From: a virus
IMG/VR virus record: IMGVR_UViG_3300027833_000001
Coordinates: 32,001-96,000 of that record
Reading direction: 5' to 3' (one strand)
DNA: 64,000 nucleotides
The notes under the pieces were generated by a model, which worked only from the letters and a program-made list of their open reading frames with translations, was not told where the DNA came from and searched no databases. Positions 17,709 to 27,956 of the stretch are shown one piece after another (within the stretch, counting starts at the first letter, position 1; each line of letters opens with the position of its first letter). The translations under genes were made by a program, and so were the position numbers.

Positions 17709-17793
17709 TGTATCTCCTTAATAAGATTAGTAACAGCCGAGTGCTGTACTCTGACATGATAATCAAATCACTTATTATAAAGAGAAATTCCGC

Positions 17794-17822
17794 TTGACAT
17801 AATGAGTTCCATGGTGTATAAT
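17794..17822 (+). promoter_or_regulatory. sigma70-type promoter for the biosynthetic operon
   Basis: TTGACA-N17-TATAAT. Confidence 0.8.
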
Positions 17823-17824
17823 GC

Positions 17825-17832
17825 TATTTATA
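17825..17832 (-). promoter_or_regulatory. late promoter for the minus-strand secreted-protein operon
   Basis: TATTTATA = TATAAATA on the minus strand. Confidence 0.65.
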
Positions 17833-17877
17833 ACCGTAATAAATACAAGTAGAAAGAGTAGAACTATGGTGATATAA

Positions 17878-18609
17878 ATGAGAAAAGCAGTACTTAAACA
17901 AAACAATTCCTGGGCACCCATCACATTGTTGATTAGCCAACTGATCGCTCAGGTGTCATTGATACCTATGATCATGTACGCACAGTCTTGGCAATGGATA
18001 CCATTCATCGCTGTCTATTGCGCTATGATGTTAGGTGTTACAATGGGATATCATCGATACTGGTCACACCATGCATTCAAGTGCAATAAAGTTATTGAGT
18101 ATGTTATGATGTTCTTTGCTCACGTTATGATGATCGGTCCAGCAATTACTTGGGCAGCCAATCATAGAGAACATCATAGATATGCTGATACGGAAAAAGA
18201 TCCACATTCACCTCACTATAGAGGTTGGCTTCTTGCATACTTTGGACAAGTTCTTATTAATATAAACTTCAAGTATGCCCGAGACTTATTGAAGCAGAAG
18301 TTATGTCGAGATCAGGTAAAGTATTATTGGCACGTTATAGGAGCATATGCTCTCTTGTTAGTTTTGATTGATCCGTTTGCTTTAATATATGCTTGGTTAG
18401 CACCAGCAGGTGCCGCTAAGTTGATTGGCTCTTTCGTATTTACATTTTCACATAGAGGCAAAGAAGCGCATAGTGATACTTGGTTAGGAATTATAACACT
18501 TGGTGAAGGTTTTCATAAAGCACACCATGATCACGGTAACAGACAAATTCTTTGGCATAAACTTGACCTTGGAGGACAGTTAATCAGACTTATTGATAAA
18601 ACTGCTTAA
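17878..18609 (+). CDS. membrane fatty-acid desaturase (delta-9/DesC-like)
   Basis: His boxes HRYWSH, HREHH (then DPHSP), GEGFHKAHH; TM segments. Confidence 0.9.
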   Translation: MRKAVLKQNNSWAPITLLISQLIAQVSLIPMIMYAQSWQWIPFIAVYCAMMLGVTMGYHRYWSHHAFKCNKVIEYVMMFFAHVMMIGPAITWAANHREHHRYADTEKDPHSPHYRGWLLAYFGQVLININFKYARDLLKQKLCRDQVKYYWHVIGAYALLLVLIDPFALIYAWLAPAGAAKLIGSFVFTFSHRGKEAHSDTWLGIITLGEGFHKAHHDHGNRQILWHKLDLGGQLIRLIDKTA

Positions 18610-18612
18610 ATT

Positions 18613-19311
18613 ATGAATTTTAAATATGTACCCTTTGTGGCTGATAGATTTGATTATGACTATTGTAGAAGACACCCGTATCGCAATCAATTAGAAGCAC
18701 ACCCAATCGCCAACGCAGATGATATGGCTTTACTCCATGAAAATCTTACGGACTGGGAAAAAGCTATTATCATTGCAGGAAGTTATTACTTTATTTGGGA
18801 TAGCTATGACCAGAAAAGAATAACAGAGCAATCAGACAAACTAATCAGCATTGAAGACTGTCAATTCTCTTCAGATGTCCATGCAAACTCTACCAGTCTT
18901 ATTAAAGAATATGTAGAAACATATCAAGGTACTTTTAGTTTCTTGATGGGTAACAATGACTACAGACCTAAAGCAGATAGCTACTTTAAACACGCACATC
19001 AACCTACAGAGATTGATGGCAAAACATATGAAGACACTTTCACGATTATCTATCCTATACATCTAGAAAATGACGTTATAGAAGAGTTCAAAATTTTCTA
19101 TGTGGAAGAAGAAGGAATCTACAAGCTATTAAAAGCACCATTGACTTATCCAGACGGAGATGTTAAAAGTGTAAGATTTCCTAAAAAGGGTGAAGCACTC
19201 TTGATACACTTTAATTCATGTAAGGGTATTCATTGGATAGACGGACTTACTAATAATAATTTTATGGCTCATGCATTTGATTCTGTCAATATGAGGAAAG
19301 AACTATGCTAA
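18613..19311 (+). CDS. hypothetical protein, possible double-stranded beta-helix oxygenase
   Basis: KHAH...TFTIIYP...FNS..IHWI. Confidence 0.45.
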   Translation: MNFKYVPFVADRFDYDYCRRHPYRNQLEAHPIANADDMALLHENLTDWEKAIIIAGSYYFIWDSYDQKRITEQSDKLISIEDCQFSSDVHANSTSLIKEYVETYQGTFSFLMGNNDYRPKADSYFKHAHQPTEIDGKTYEDTFTIIYPIHLENDVIEEFKIFYVEEEGIYKLLKAPLTYPDGDVKSVRFPKKGEALLIHFNSCKGIHWIDGLTNNNFMAHAFDSVNMRKELC

Positions 19312-20003
19312 AGAAACGAGATTTGCCTGTTGTTGCTCCTATTCCAGGAATACGATTTAACTTGGATAAGATTAAAGAAGAACTTGCTAAGATAGAACAT
19401 CTATGGGAAGACATCTACAAAGCTAATCCCGGCATAACAAAATTACATGATCCATCTTTTGTTGATAATGCATATGCAAACTTAAAAGAGATTCCCTTGA
19501 TGGTAATGTCACCAGAGAATATGGCAAAAGCTGATGACTTTGAACTTGAAGATTTGGGTGCTACTCTTAGAGATAGAATTCGTAATAAGAAAGCGAAGGG
19601 TGATAACTTACCACCAACTGCAAATGAGATGTTGTGGGATTATCAGACTGATGCTTGTAGGGGTACTTACTTTGAAGAAGCATTAGCAGGACACTTTTCT
19701 GCACCAGTTTGTCGTGCTAGACTACACTTTCTTGCACCAGGTATGAGTTTACAACCACACATTGATTATGATCCATCTTATGGTGTTAGAATCGTCTGTC
19801 CTATATCTGGAACTGATGAATGTATCAATCAATTTTGGGTAAACGGTGAGTATCAAGAACATAATCTGCCAGCAGACGGAAGAGTTTGGTTTTTGAATAC
19901 TGGATTTAAACATGGCGTAGTAAATAATGGTACTGAGCCACGCATTGCATTATTAGCTACATTGAAGAGTCAGGAAGATATAGAATGTTTGAAATTAGTA
20001 TAG
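19305..20003 (+). CDS. Fe(II)/2OG oxygenase, Asp/Asn beta-hydroxylase family
   Basis: RARLHFLAPG..PHID (HxD)...LPADGRVWFLNTGFKHGVVN..PRIAL. Confidence 0.8.
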   Translation: MLKKRDLPVVAPIPGIRFNLDKIKEELAKIEHLWEDIYKANPGITKLHDPSFVDNAYANLKEIPLMVMSPENMAKADDFELEDLGATLRDRIRNKKAKGDNLPPTANEMLWDYQTDACRGTYFEEALAGHFSAPVCRARLHFLAPGMSLQPHIDYDPSYGVRIVCPISGTDECINQFWVNGEYQEHNLPADGRVWFLNTGFKHGVVNNGTEPRIALLATLKSQEDIECLKLV

Positions 20004-20626
20004 TAGAGTATGATGGTTCTAAAATAGAAAGAGAACAGATAGAGAACTTTAGAGAGTTGTCTTTTAAAGAAGGTAATGATAGTTTAGCATATGACAAATA
20101 CGACCCAGACAAGACTGGTCAGACGTTTTTAAATTATGTTGATGGCAAGCTGGCTTCATTGAGTGTTATAGAGCCAAGTCATTACACGGGTGATCCAACT
20201 GTAGCCGCAAGAGGTTGCAGACTTCACATTGCTACTGAATTTAGACCTGCTTGGTTAGGATTGCTTCATGCACCTAAACAAATTATGTGGGCAAAAGAAA
20301 ATGGGTTTAAAGTATTCTTCTTTACGCATGATATTCGTAACAGAGCAATTAATGCAATGTATCAAAAACGAAGATTTGGTGGAGCAGTTACAGAGTTACA
20401 GAAACAGATGGAATGGATGTGGACTTCAGATTGGTATCAGGACTTGTCTCTTGATAGAAGACTATTATTTCAAGTCGATGAAAGGTCTGACTTATTACAG
20501 TATGTTTATTATTGGACATTAGAAGAAGGGTATGTCTGGAAACCACCTAGCAATGTTGTTTGGTATGACCACGATGGAAGAATAAAATCGAACGTAACAG
20601 AAAAGGAAATAATTAATGCACATTAG
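19985..20626 (+). CDS. GNAT-like acyltransferase
   Basis: DGKLASLS...RLHIATEFR...QIMWAKENGFK..FFT..N. Confidence 0.5.
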   Translation: MFEISIVEYDGSKIEREQIENFRELSFKEGNDSLAYDKYDPDKTGQTFLNYVDGKLASLSVIEPSHYTGDPTVAARGCRLHIATEFRPAWLGLLHAPKQIMWAKENGFKVFFFTHDIRNRAINAMYQKRRFGGAVTELQKQMEWMWTSDWYQDLSLDRRLLFQVDERSDLLQYVYYWTLEEGYVWKPPSNVVWYDHDGRIKSNVTEKEIINAH

Positions 20627-21227
20627 CGGTGAAGTAGTTGCCACTTGGTTTAACTTTCTTAGAGATAATCAAGATGATCCAGAAGTTTGTCGTAGATACT
20701 ACGAATGCTTTTGGGAAAGTCAATTGCAAAGTAAACAAGTAGTGTTGGACATGATTGATAGAATGGATGTGTATCAATGTTACATCTTTGGTGGATGGTA
20801 TGGGTTGCTTGCACAGATTTTACATGATTCAATCCGAAATCATCATCCTGTCGTTAGTGTTGATATAGACCCTAAGTGTGCTATTGTAATTAATAATTAT
20901 TTTAATCCTGAAGATGGTATTGTAGCACATACAGGTGATATGGCAACATATAAGTATATTATTAAGCCCGAACTTGTTATCAATTGTAGTACAGAACACG
21001 TTGATCAAAAAACATACGATGCTTGGTTTGATAGAATACCATTGAACACTGAGTACATTATTCAAGGTAATAATCTGGATATACCAGAGCATATAAGACT
21101 TGCAGATGATATTAATCATTTTAAAGATATTAATAGATGCACCAAAGTCATTGATAAGAGAGTTACTGACTGTCCTGGACCCAATGGAATCTTTCAGAGA
21201 TATACGATTAAGGGAATCAAAGTATAA
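20616..21227 (+). CDS. class I SAM methyltransferase-like protein
   Basis: IFGGWYG, SVDIDP, TGDM, VINCSTEH. Confidence 0.7.
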   Translation: MHISGEVVATWFNFLRDNQDDPEVCRRYYECFWESQLQSKQVVLDMIDRMDVYQCYIFGGWYGLLAQILHDSIRNHHPVVSVDIDPKCAIVINNYFNPEDGIVAHTGDMATYKYIIKPELVINCSTEHVDQKTYDAWFDRIPLNTEYIIQGNNLDIPEHIRLADDINHFKDINRCTKVIDKRVTDCPGPNGIFQRYTIKGIKV

Positions 21228-21230
21228 TAC

Positions 21231-22022
21231 ATGGACAAAAAAGTGATAGCAGTCCATCTAGGACTCAATAAAGAATATACTCTTAATATAGAACTCTTTG
21301 ATCACAGAGTGGCAAATCGAATATGGGAAATGATACGGGTAGCAGATGATGTAGACTTTGTTTCTCGTATGGAGTTTTATAAGTTTGGTAAAACTGAGTC
21401 ACAAGTAGAATCCGACTTATATGAAACAATAGAAGAACTAAAGCGATTAAAACCTGATACCTTTACACTAGATTATGATTTAAATAGATTACATGAAAAT
21501 TTTCCTGAGTTAGTACGCACAGAAACATCGTCATCGATAAAACACTGTTTGACAATGTTTAATTATCATCTGCATCATCTTGAAAGAATGCGTCAAGGTG
21601 GTGGAAGACAATTTTTATTCTGTAGCAACATTGAGTCAGAACCTTTACAAGATGAAGACTATGATCTTTTTACTATAGGCAATAAAGAAAACATTGCTTA
21701 TATGAACTATCCTCATGTGGGTAAGAGTGTTACAGAAATAGTACAACAAGAAGACACAGAAATTCCATCACAACATATTCTCCCTACAAGTGTAATCAAG
21801 CCAGATTTATTGTTTCACTTAGACGAAGATAGATGGATAGGGAACGAACAAACAATAGTAGAATACATAAACTCATGGCTTGTTAAGATACAACATAAGT
21901 TACCGTATCCTATTAACGATAAAAGATTGGCACTTGGACACATACCCATAGGTAAAATAATCGATCCAAATATAACTAGTATAACAGAGAATCAATACAT
22001 ACACAGCATAGAGGCTATATGA
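21231..22022 (+). CDS. hypothetical His-motif protein
   Basis: LNRLHENF, NYHLHHLE, YPHVGKS. Confidence 0.7.
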   Translation: MDKKVIAVHLGLNKEYTLNIELFDHRVANRIWEMIRVADDVDFVSRMEFYKFGKTESQVESDLYETIEELKRLKPDTFTLDYDLNRLHENFPELVRTETSSSIKHCLTMFNYHLHHLERMRQGGGRQFLFCSNIESEPLQDEDYDLFTIGNKENIAYMNYPHVGKSVTEIVQQEDTEIPSQHILPTSVIKPDLLFHLDEDRWIGNEQTIVEYINSWLVKIQHKLPYPINDKRLALGHIPIGKIIDPNITSITENQYIHSIEAI

Positions 22023-22570
22023 AAACTTTATCAATAGAAAGTTGGGGAACTCAAGCAGAATATATTCGTAGTGGTCTTAATCTGACGCTATTCGATAAAA
22101 ACCTAGCAGAGATAGTTGACAATGGTATTGATGCTTGTATTGTATGTACCTTCAACTTACTAAGCATTCCAAACTTTAAAGAGTTTCTTGATGTTATGTT
22201 GGAATTCAAGACTGTTGCATGGCTTCGTGGTGAAGGTAAGGTATCTTTGGACACTTTCCCAGTTCATAGTCATTATCATTTATCATCATTGATATTAGAT
22301 GATAAACAGCTTGACAACCTCCGCAATTTAGTGTATTATATGTCTAAATCTGTAGATGATAGGGATGTTACTAAATTTAACTCAATAGAGTTCGCTAAGT
22401 TTGAGCGAGTACTCACATGGGTTGAGGAGAATAGGTTTACTGGTGATGAATTAGTCAAGAATAGATTAGATTTTAAAAAGTTTATTGATGAACACGATAA
22501 GGAAAGGGGTACGAACTTTACCAAAACTTTTCCAGAATTGGAGTATTTCTACGAGATGTGTAATGGCTGA
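22019..22570 (+). CDS. C-terminal half of a Twitch radical SAM paralog (no CxxxCxxC)
   Basis: SIESWGTQAEYIRSGL, TFNLLSI, DFKKFIDEHDKERGTNFTKTFPEL match the C-termini of the neighbouring enzymes. Confidence 0.7.
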   Translation: MKTLSIESWGTQAEYIRSGLNLTLFDKNLAEIVDNGIDACIVCTFNLLSIPNFKEFLDVMLEFKTVAWLRGEGKVSLDTFPVHSHYHLSSLILDDKQLDNLRNLVYYMSKSVDDRDVTKFNSIEFAKFERVLTWVEENRFTGDELVKNRLDFKKFIDEHDKERGTNFTKTFPELEYFYEMCNG

Positions 22571-23948
22571 AGAAGGCACTAATGAATATTGGATCAAAGA
22601 ATTAAAAGATAAAAGAATCAAGATAAATGAAATAAGTCCTTCTTTTTGTTCTGCTAAATGGTTACAGACTACTCTGATGTTACAGAATGGTTATAATCAT
22701 TCATGTCACCATCCATCCCCACACAAGATTCCTGTTGAAGAAGTCTTGGCAAATCCAGCGGCATTGCATAATAGTAATTATAAGAAAGTGCAAAGAGACA
22801 AGATGTTGTCTGGTGTTCGACCTAAAGAATGTGACTATTGTTGGAAGATAGAAGACTTAGACAAAGAGTATTTCTCTGACAGACATTACAAGACTGCTGA
22901 TTGGTGGGCTTGGGATAAAGTTGACATTATTGCAAAGAGCGATCCTTACGAAGATGTTTATCCTACTTACTTAGAAGTATCATTCAGTAATGCTTGCAAC
23001 TTTGCCTGTGCTTATTGCTCACCCGAAATATCTTCTGGGTGGATGAAAGACATTCAGAAAGATGGCGTGTATCCAGTTAAGTTTGGTTCACATGATTTGA
23101 ACTATCTTAAAGAAGTCGGCAAGTATCCATTCAAGAATAGTGATCCAAATCCTTATGTTGATGCATTTTGGAAATGGTTCCCAGAAGCATTTAAACATCT
23201 AAAAGTATTCCGCATTACTGGTGGTGAACCTACAATGTCAAAAGACTTTTGGAAAGCAGTCGATTATATTGTAGAACATCATCACGAAAATCCAGAACTT
23301 AAAATAGGAATCAATAGTAACTTAGGTACAGACCCACGTTTGATCGAAAGACTTATTGAGTCTGTTATAAGACTAGAATCACATGGCATTGATGTTGAGA
23401 TATTCACTAGCGCAGAAAGTACTGGTAATAAAGCCGAGTATGCTAGAGATGGTATTGTCTATGATGAATGGATAGCGAACATAGAACGTATGTTGACAGA
23501 AACAAATTGTCGTGTTGTTATTATGACAACGGTAAATATATTGTCGATATCTTCAATGGTTGAGTTTGTTCAAGATATAATGGACTTACGTATTAAGTTT
23601 AATCAGAACTTGGCGCATAATAGAATACCATTAAGTGTAAACTACTTACGTTATCCACCGCATTTACAGTGTACATTGTTGACACCTATTTACCGAGAGA
23701 CAATGGCTAATACATTAGAGGTATTTTGTGAGAGTTGGTTGAAGTATGATTCACCTGACAAATTTGCTAGATTGTACTTAGAAGAATTTGACCAAGTTAA
23801 AAGACTTTGTGACTATCTGAGATCGGAGCCTACCGCAGATAAATACAGAGAAGACTTTGCAAACTTTATTAAAGAATACGATAGGCGAAGAGGAAAGAAC
23901 TTTAAAAATACTTTCCCCGAATTGATTAAAGATATGGAGAAATGGTGA
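22563..23948 (+). CDS. N-terminal Twitch-domain radical SAM enzyme 1
   Basis: CSAKW..SCHH..CDYC; CNFACAYC; ITGGEP. Confidence 0.9.
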   Translation: MAEEGTNEYWIKELKDKRIKINEISPSFCSAKWLQTTLMLQNGYNHSCHHPSPHKIPVEEVLANPAALHNSNYKKVQRDKMLSGVRPKECDYCWKIEDLDKEYFSDRHYKTADWWAWDKVDIIAKSDPYEDVYPTYLEVSFSNACNFACAYCSPEISSGWMKDIQKDGVYPVKFGSHDLNYLKEVGKYPFKNSDPNPYVDAFWKWFPEAFKHLKVFRITGGEPTMSKDFWKAVDYIVEHHHENPELKIGINSNLGTDPRLIERLIESVIRLESHGIDVEIFTSAESTGNKAEYARDGIVYDEWIANIERMLTETNCRVVIMTTVNILSISSMVEFVQDIMDLRIKFNQNLAHNRIPLSVNYLRYPPHLQCTLLTPIYRETMANTLEVFCESWLKYDSPDKFARLYLEEFDQVKRLCDYLRSEPTADKYREDFANFIKEYDRRRGKNFKNTFPELIKDMEKW

Positions 23949-25456
23949 AAAAAGAACATGATTTAATTAAGTATCGGGAAGATATTCTTGATACCAAATC
24001 TAAAAGTTTTTGTGGTGCAAAGTGGTACAATGCTACTACTTGGTTGGGCAGTGGCACTACTGCTTCATGTCATCACCCGCCCGCGCATAAAATCCCACTA
24101 GACGAAATCAAAGTCGACCCATCTGCAATTCATAATACTAAGCATAAGAAAACTATGCGGAAGATGATGCAGAAAGGCGAACGTCCAAGAGAGTGTGAAT
24201 ACTGCTGGAAAGTAGAAGACATGGATACGGGTGCTGTTAGTGACCGTACATACAAGTCGATCATCTATTCAGAAGAAGAACTTCAAGCCGCATTTGAAAT
24301 GGACCCTGATGAGAGTGTTGATTTAAAAACATTTGAAATATCATTTGACCGTACTTGTCAGTTGGCTTGTTCTTATTGCAACTCAAGTTTCAGTACAACA
24401 TGGGCTAAAGATATTAATAAGAAAGGTCCATATCAGAATCTAGTATCTGATGGTGCTGGAGCATTCCAACATAACGGAGATTGGGCAGATCCATATGGCA
24501 AGAAAGAAACTAACCCGTATGTAACAGCATTCTGGGATTGGTGGAATGACGGACTATCTAAGAGTCTAGACGAATTGCGAGTTACTGGTGGTGAGCCGTT
24601 GATGTCAGATCAGGTATGGAAACTGTTTGACTGGTTTGGTGAGAATAAAACAGATATGAGATTTGCAATCAATTCAAACTTGATGGCAAAAGATTCTATC
24701 ATTGATGCGATGATTGCGAAGACACAGAAAGTAGATCAGTTCCATCTTTATACTAGTTGTGAAGCAACGGGATTACAAGCAGATTATATCCGCGACGGAT
24801 TACATTATGAAACTTGGAAAAATAATGTATACAAGATACTGACTAATGGTAGACTTAGTGGTTGTAATATTATGATGACTATTAATAGTTTATGTTTGTT
24901 TAGTATCACGGACTTTCTTGATGATGTATATGATATGAAAATACACACAGGAATGAAAGCACCTGTTGTTAGTTTAAACTTGTTACGTTTTCCTAGCTTT
25001 CAATCTCCTCTTGCTTTACCAGATCATCTTAAAGATCACTGTCGAAAGCAACTACAAGATTGGTGGGAAGAAAAGAAAGATTTAAAATTGTGGCATGAAT
25101 TTGAAAGGGCTAGTATAGAACGTCTTATTGACTATCTTGTTACTGTTGATGCACCACATAGACGTACAAGTGATAAGATGACTTTATGGAGAGACTTCAA
25201 AACTTTCTATGCTCAATACGATGAAAGAAGAGGGTTGTCATTATCTGTATTTCCTAAAATTCTTACTGACTGGGTAGAAACTATTCCTACTACAGAAACT
25301 ATTCCATTAAAAGAAATGATTGATGGTGATAGCACTAGACAGTATGACAATGACCCCGATTTACAAGAGACTGTATCGTTAGCGAATGAAGAGGGTTGGG
25401 TACTTGACCCAGATAGTGAGAATATTGATGAACCTTTAGCATCGTATGACGAATGA
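23942..25456 (+). CDS. N-terminal Twitch-domain radical SAM enzyme 2
   Basis: CGAKW..SCHH..CEYC; CQLACSYC; VTGGEP. Confidence 0.9.
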   Translation: MVKKEHDLIKYREDILDTKSKSFCGAKWYNATTWLGSGTTASCHHPPAHKIPLDEIKVDPSAIHNTKHKKTMRKMMQKGERPRECEYCWKVEDMDTGAVSDRTYKSIIYSEEELQAAFEMDPDESVDLKTFEISFDRTCQLACSYCNSSFSTTWAKDINKKGPYQNLVSDGAGAFQHNGDWADPYGKKETNPYVTAFWDWWNDGLSKSLDELRVTGGEPLMSDQVWKLFDWFGENKTDMRFAINSNLMAKDSIIDAMIAKTQKVDQFHLYTSCEATGLQADYIRDGLHYETWKNNVYKILTNGRLSGCNIMMTINSLCLFSITDFLDDVYDMKIHTGMKAPVVSLNLLRFPSFQSPLALPDHLKDHCRKQLQDWWEEKKDLKLWHEFERASIERLIDYLVTVDAPHRRTSDKMTLWRDFKTFYAQYDERRGLSLSVFPKILTDWVETIPTTETIPLKEMIDGDSTRQYDNDPDLQETVSLANEEGWVLDPDSENIDEPLASYDE

Positions 25457-26766
25457 CCAGTTCTTATTTTTGTACAGCACCATGGACACACACCTATGCC
25501 TCTCCTACTGGAGAGCGTAGGCTTTGTTGTGCAAGTAGAGAAGACGCATCGTTTCAAAAGCAATACATAGACTCTGGTAACAAAGCTGGAGAATTTAATC
25601 CTGTATCTTTGAAAGAACATTGGAACAGTGAGTACATGAAAGATATTCGCAAACGTATGCTTGCGGGTGAGAAAATAAAACAGTGTGAAGTATGTAATGA
25701 TAATATATTAAACTTACACACCTATAGAAAATACTTTACGGAAACATTGTTCCCACATAAAGTGGAAGATATAATAGCTAGAACAGAGCCAGATGGTCAT
25801 TACAACGATCTTCCTATTTCATATGACTATCGTATATCAAATCTTTGCAACTTCAAATGTAGAATGTGTGGTGATCAGTTGTCGAGCAGTTGGGAAGCAG
25901 AGAATAAGATAAATGGTAGAATGCAAACTCAACCATGGACACAAAAAGACACTAGAAAGAAAATAGATACATTTCAGAAAGAAGTGTTAGAAGAAGAACT
26001 TCAAGCCGCAGTAGATGAGCGTAGAATAGAAGAAATATATTGGGTAGGTGGTGAGCCTTTAATGTGGGAACGCCATTGGACTATCTTAGAACAATTAGTG
26101 TATGATGGACAAGCAAAGGATGTTACACTAAGATATAATACAAATTTAAGTAGAGTATCATACAAGGGTATTGAGTTGTTCGACTTACTTCCACATTTCA
26201 AGCACGTTAATCTATGTGCATCGATTGATGGAGCTGGTGAAGTCGGTGAGTATATTAGAACTGGTCTAAAGTGGGATGAGTGGCTAGATAATTTTAAAAA
26301 AGGTATTCCTTTAATAGAAAAATATGGCAATGATGCTATGGTGTTTGATGTTACATTGACAACTCCAGGATTGTTTGATTTAAAACGCCTGTTCGATGTT
26401 GTTACAGAATTGGATGTAAAATCGTACTTCAAGTTCACTTTTGCATTTGATCCATCTGTTGTTATGAGTCCTTTATGTTTGCCCAGAGAGATATTAGAAG
26501 AAACCGTTAACGATTTGATTGATTACATTACTCCTAGAATGACTGATAAGACCCATGTATATAAAACATCTCTTGTTAATCTTTTGACTAGACAGACATT
26601 TCAAGAACAGTGGCCAAGAAAGTATGAAGAAGGAATCAGAAGTGGTAAAGGACATATGAAATATCTTGATCGTATTAGAAACGATAATATTGTTTTTAGA
26701 GACACTCTATCTGATAGTGCAAAAATCTGGTGGGATGCAATACCAGAAAATGAGGATTTGCCATGA
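25453..26766 (+). CDS. N-terminal Twitch-domain radical SAM enzyme 3
   Basis: CTAPW..LCC..CEVC; CNFKCRMC; VGGEP. Confidence 0.9.
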   Translation: MTSSYFCTAPWTHTYASPTGERRLCCASREDASFQKQYIDSGNKAGEFNPVSLKEHWNSEYMKDIRKRMLAGEKIKQCEVCNDNILNLHTYRKYFTETLFPHKVEDIIARTEPDGHYNDLPISYDYRISNLCNFKCRMCGDQLSSSWEAENKINGRMQTQPWTQKDTRKKIDTFQKEVLEEELQAAVDERRIEEIYWVGGEPLMWERHWTILEQLVYDGQAKDVTLRYNTNLSRVSYKGIELFDLLPHFKHVNLCASIDGAGEVGEYIRTGLKWDEWLDNFKKGIPLIEKYGNDAMVFDVTLTTPGLFDLKRLFDVVTELDVKSYFKFTFAFDPSVVMSPLCLPREILEETVNDLIDYITPRMTDKTHVYKTSLVNLLTRQTFQEQWPRKYEEGIRSGKGHMKYLDRIRNDNIVFRDTLSDSAKIWWDAIPENEDLP

Positions 26767-27956
26767 GTAAAACTTTTTGCCCTTTACCATGGACACATTT
26801 GGCTACACACCCCCAAGGTGAATTGACTCTTTGTTGTGAAGCGGATCATACAATGGGAATCTCTGAAGCATTTGATACTGATGAGTTTGGTCAACGTAAG
26901 CCGAGAACTCTTCATACAACTGAATATGATTTCGATGCAATACAGAACAGTGGTTCATTTAGTCGAGTCAGAAGAGAGATGCTTGACGGTAAGAAACCTC
27001 CTCAATGTACAAGATGTTTCGACTTAGAGAAAGTTGGAATAAAATCTAAACGTCAATATGAAAGCGACCGATTAAACTTTGATGAAACCAAAGCAATAGA
27101 AATAACAAATGCCGACGGAACAATCAATGAAGTTTCTTACGAGTTTGTTGAGTTACGTTTGGGTAATCATTGTAATCTAGCTTGTCGTTCTTGCAACCCA
27201 TTATCAACTAGCCGATGGACAAAAGATTGGAATGAAGTAAATCCTGATAATAAACTTTCAGTTACACAGAAGCTATTCAACTGGCCACTTGATACTGATT
27301 TCTGGGAGAAACTGTTAGAGCATTCTAATACACTTAGGTATGTTTATATTAACGGTGGAGAGCCATTACTAATTGATAAGCACTTGCAATTCTTAATTGA
27401 TCTTGTTAAGTGTGGTAGATCAAAAGATATTACTTTAGTTTATTCTACTAATTGCACTGTTGTTAACCACATATACGAAGACGTATGGCGACACTTCAAG
27501 CACGTACAGTTAATGGTATCTATTGATTGTCTAGCTGAAAGAAATTCGTTTATTCGCTCACCATCAAAGTGGGATGTTATACTACAGACATTAGAATGGA
27601 TAAAAGCAATATGTAAAGTAGATAATATATCATACAATATTATGCAAACGGTTTCTGTTTATAACATCTATTATATGAAAGAGTTCCATGAATTCTTTGA
27701 GTTTGCACCTTACGTATCGATGAACTTTGTGACTGATCCTTCTTATCTGGATCCTGCACTATTACCACAAGAGATAAAAGATGCTGTTATTGCTAAGTTC
27801 CCAAACCAGACAGTTATAGATTATTTGTCTAAAGGTGAATGCGCTGACAACATGAAAGAATTCCACAAGAAGAATGCTAAGATGGATGAATTGAGAAAAC
27901 AAGATTTCAAAGCAACATTCCCAGAACTATACGATATGGTGATTCCCTATGTCTGA
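26763..27956 (+). CDS. N-terminal Twitch-domain radical SAM enzyme 4
   Basis: CPLPW..LCC..CTRC; CNLACRSC; NGGEP. Confidence 0.9.
   Translation: MSKTFCPLPWTHLATHPQGELTLCCEADHTMGISEAFDTDEFGQRKPRTLHTTEYDFDAIQNSGSFSRVRREMLDGKKPPQCTRCFDLEKVGIKSKRQYESDRLNFDETKAIEITNADGTINEVSYEFVELRLGNHCNLACRSCNPLSTSRWTKDWNEVNPDNKLSVTQKLFNWPLDTDFWEKLLEHSNTLRYVYINGGEPLLIDKHLQFLIDLVKCGRSKDITLVYSTNCTVVNHIYEDVWRHFKHVQLMVSIDCLAERNSFIRSPSKWDVILQTLEWIKAICKVDNISYNIMQTVSVYNIYYMKEFHEFFEFAPYVSMNFVTDPSYLDPALLPQEIKDAVIAKFPNQTVIDYLSKGECADNMKEFHKKNAKMDELRKQDFKATFPELYDMVIPYV

Noticed and set aside
16651-17721. 356-aa plus-strand Leu/Val-rich ORF
   Set aside because: Antisense shadow of the Asn/Thr codons in the minus-strand gene, which has the SD, signal peptide and conserved Cys domain.
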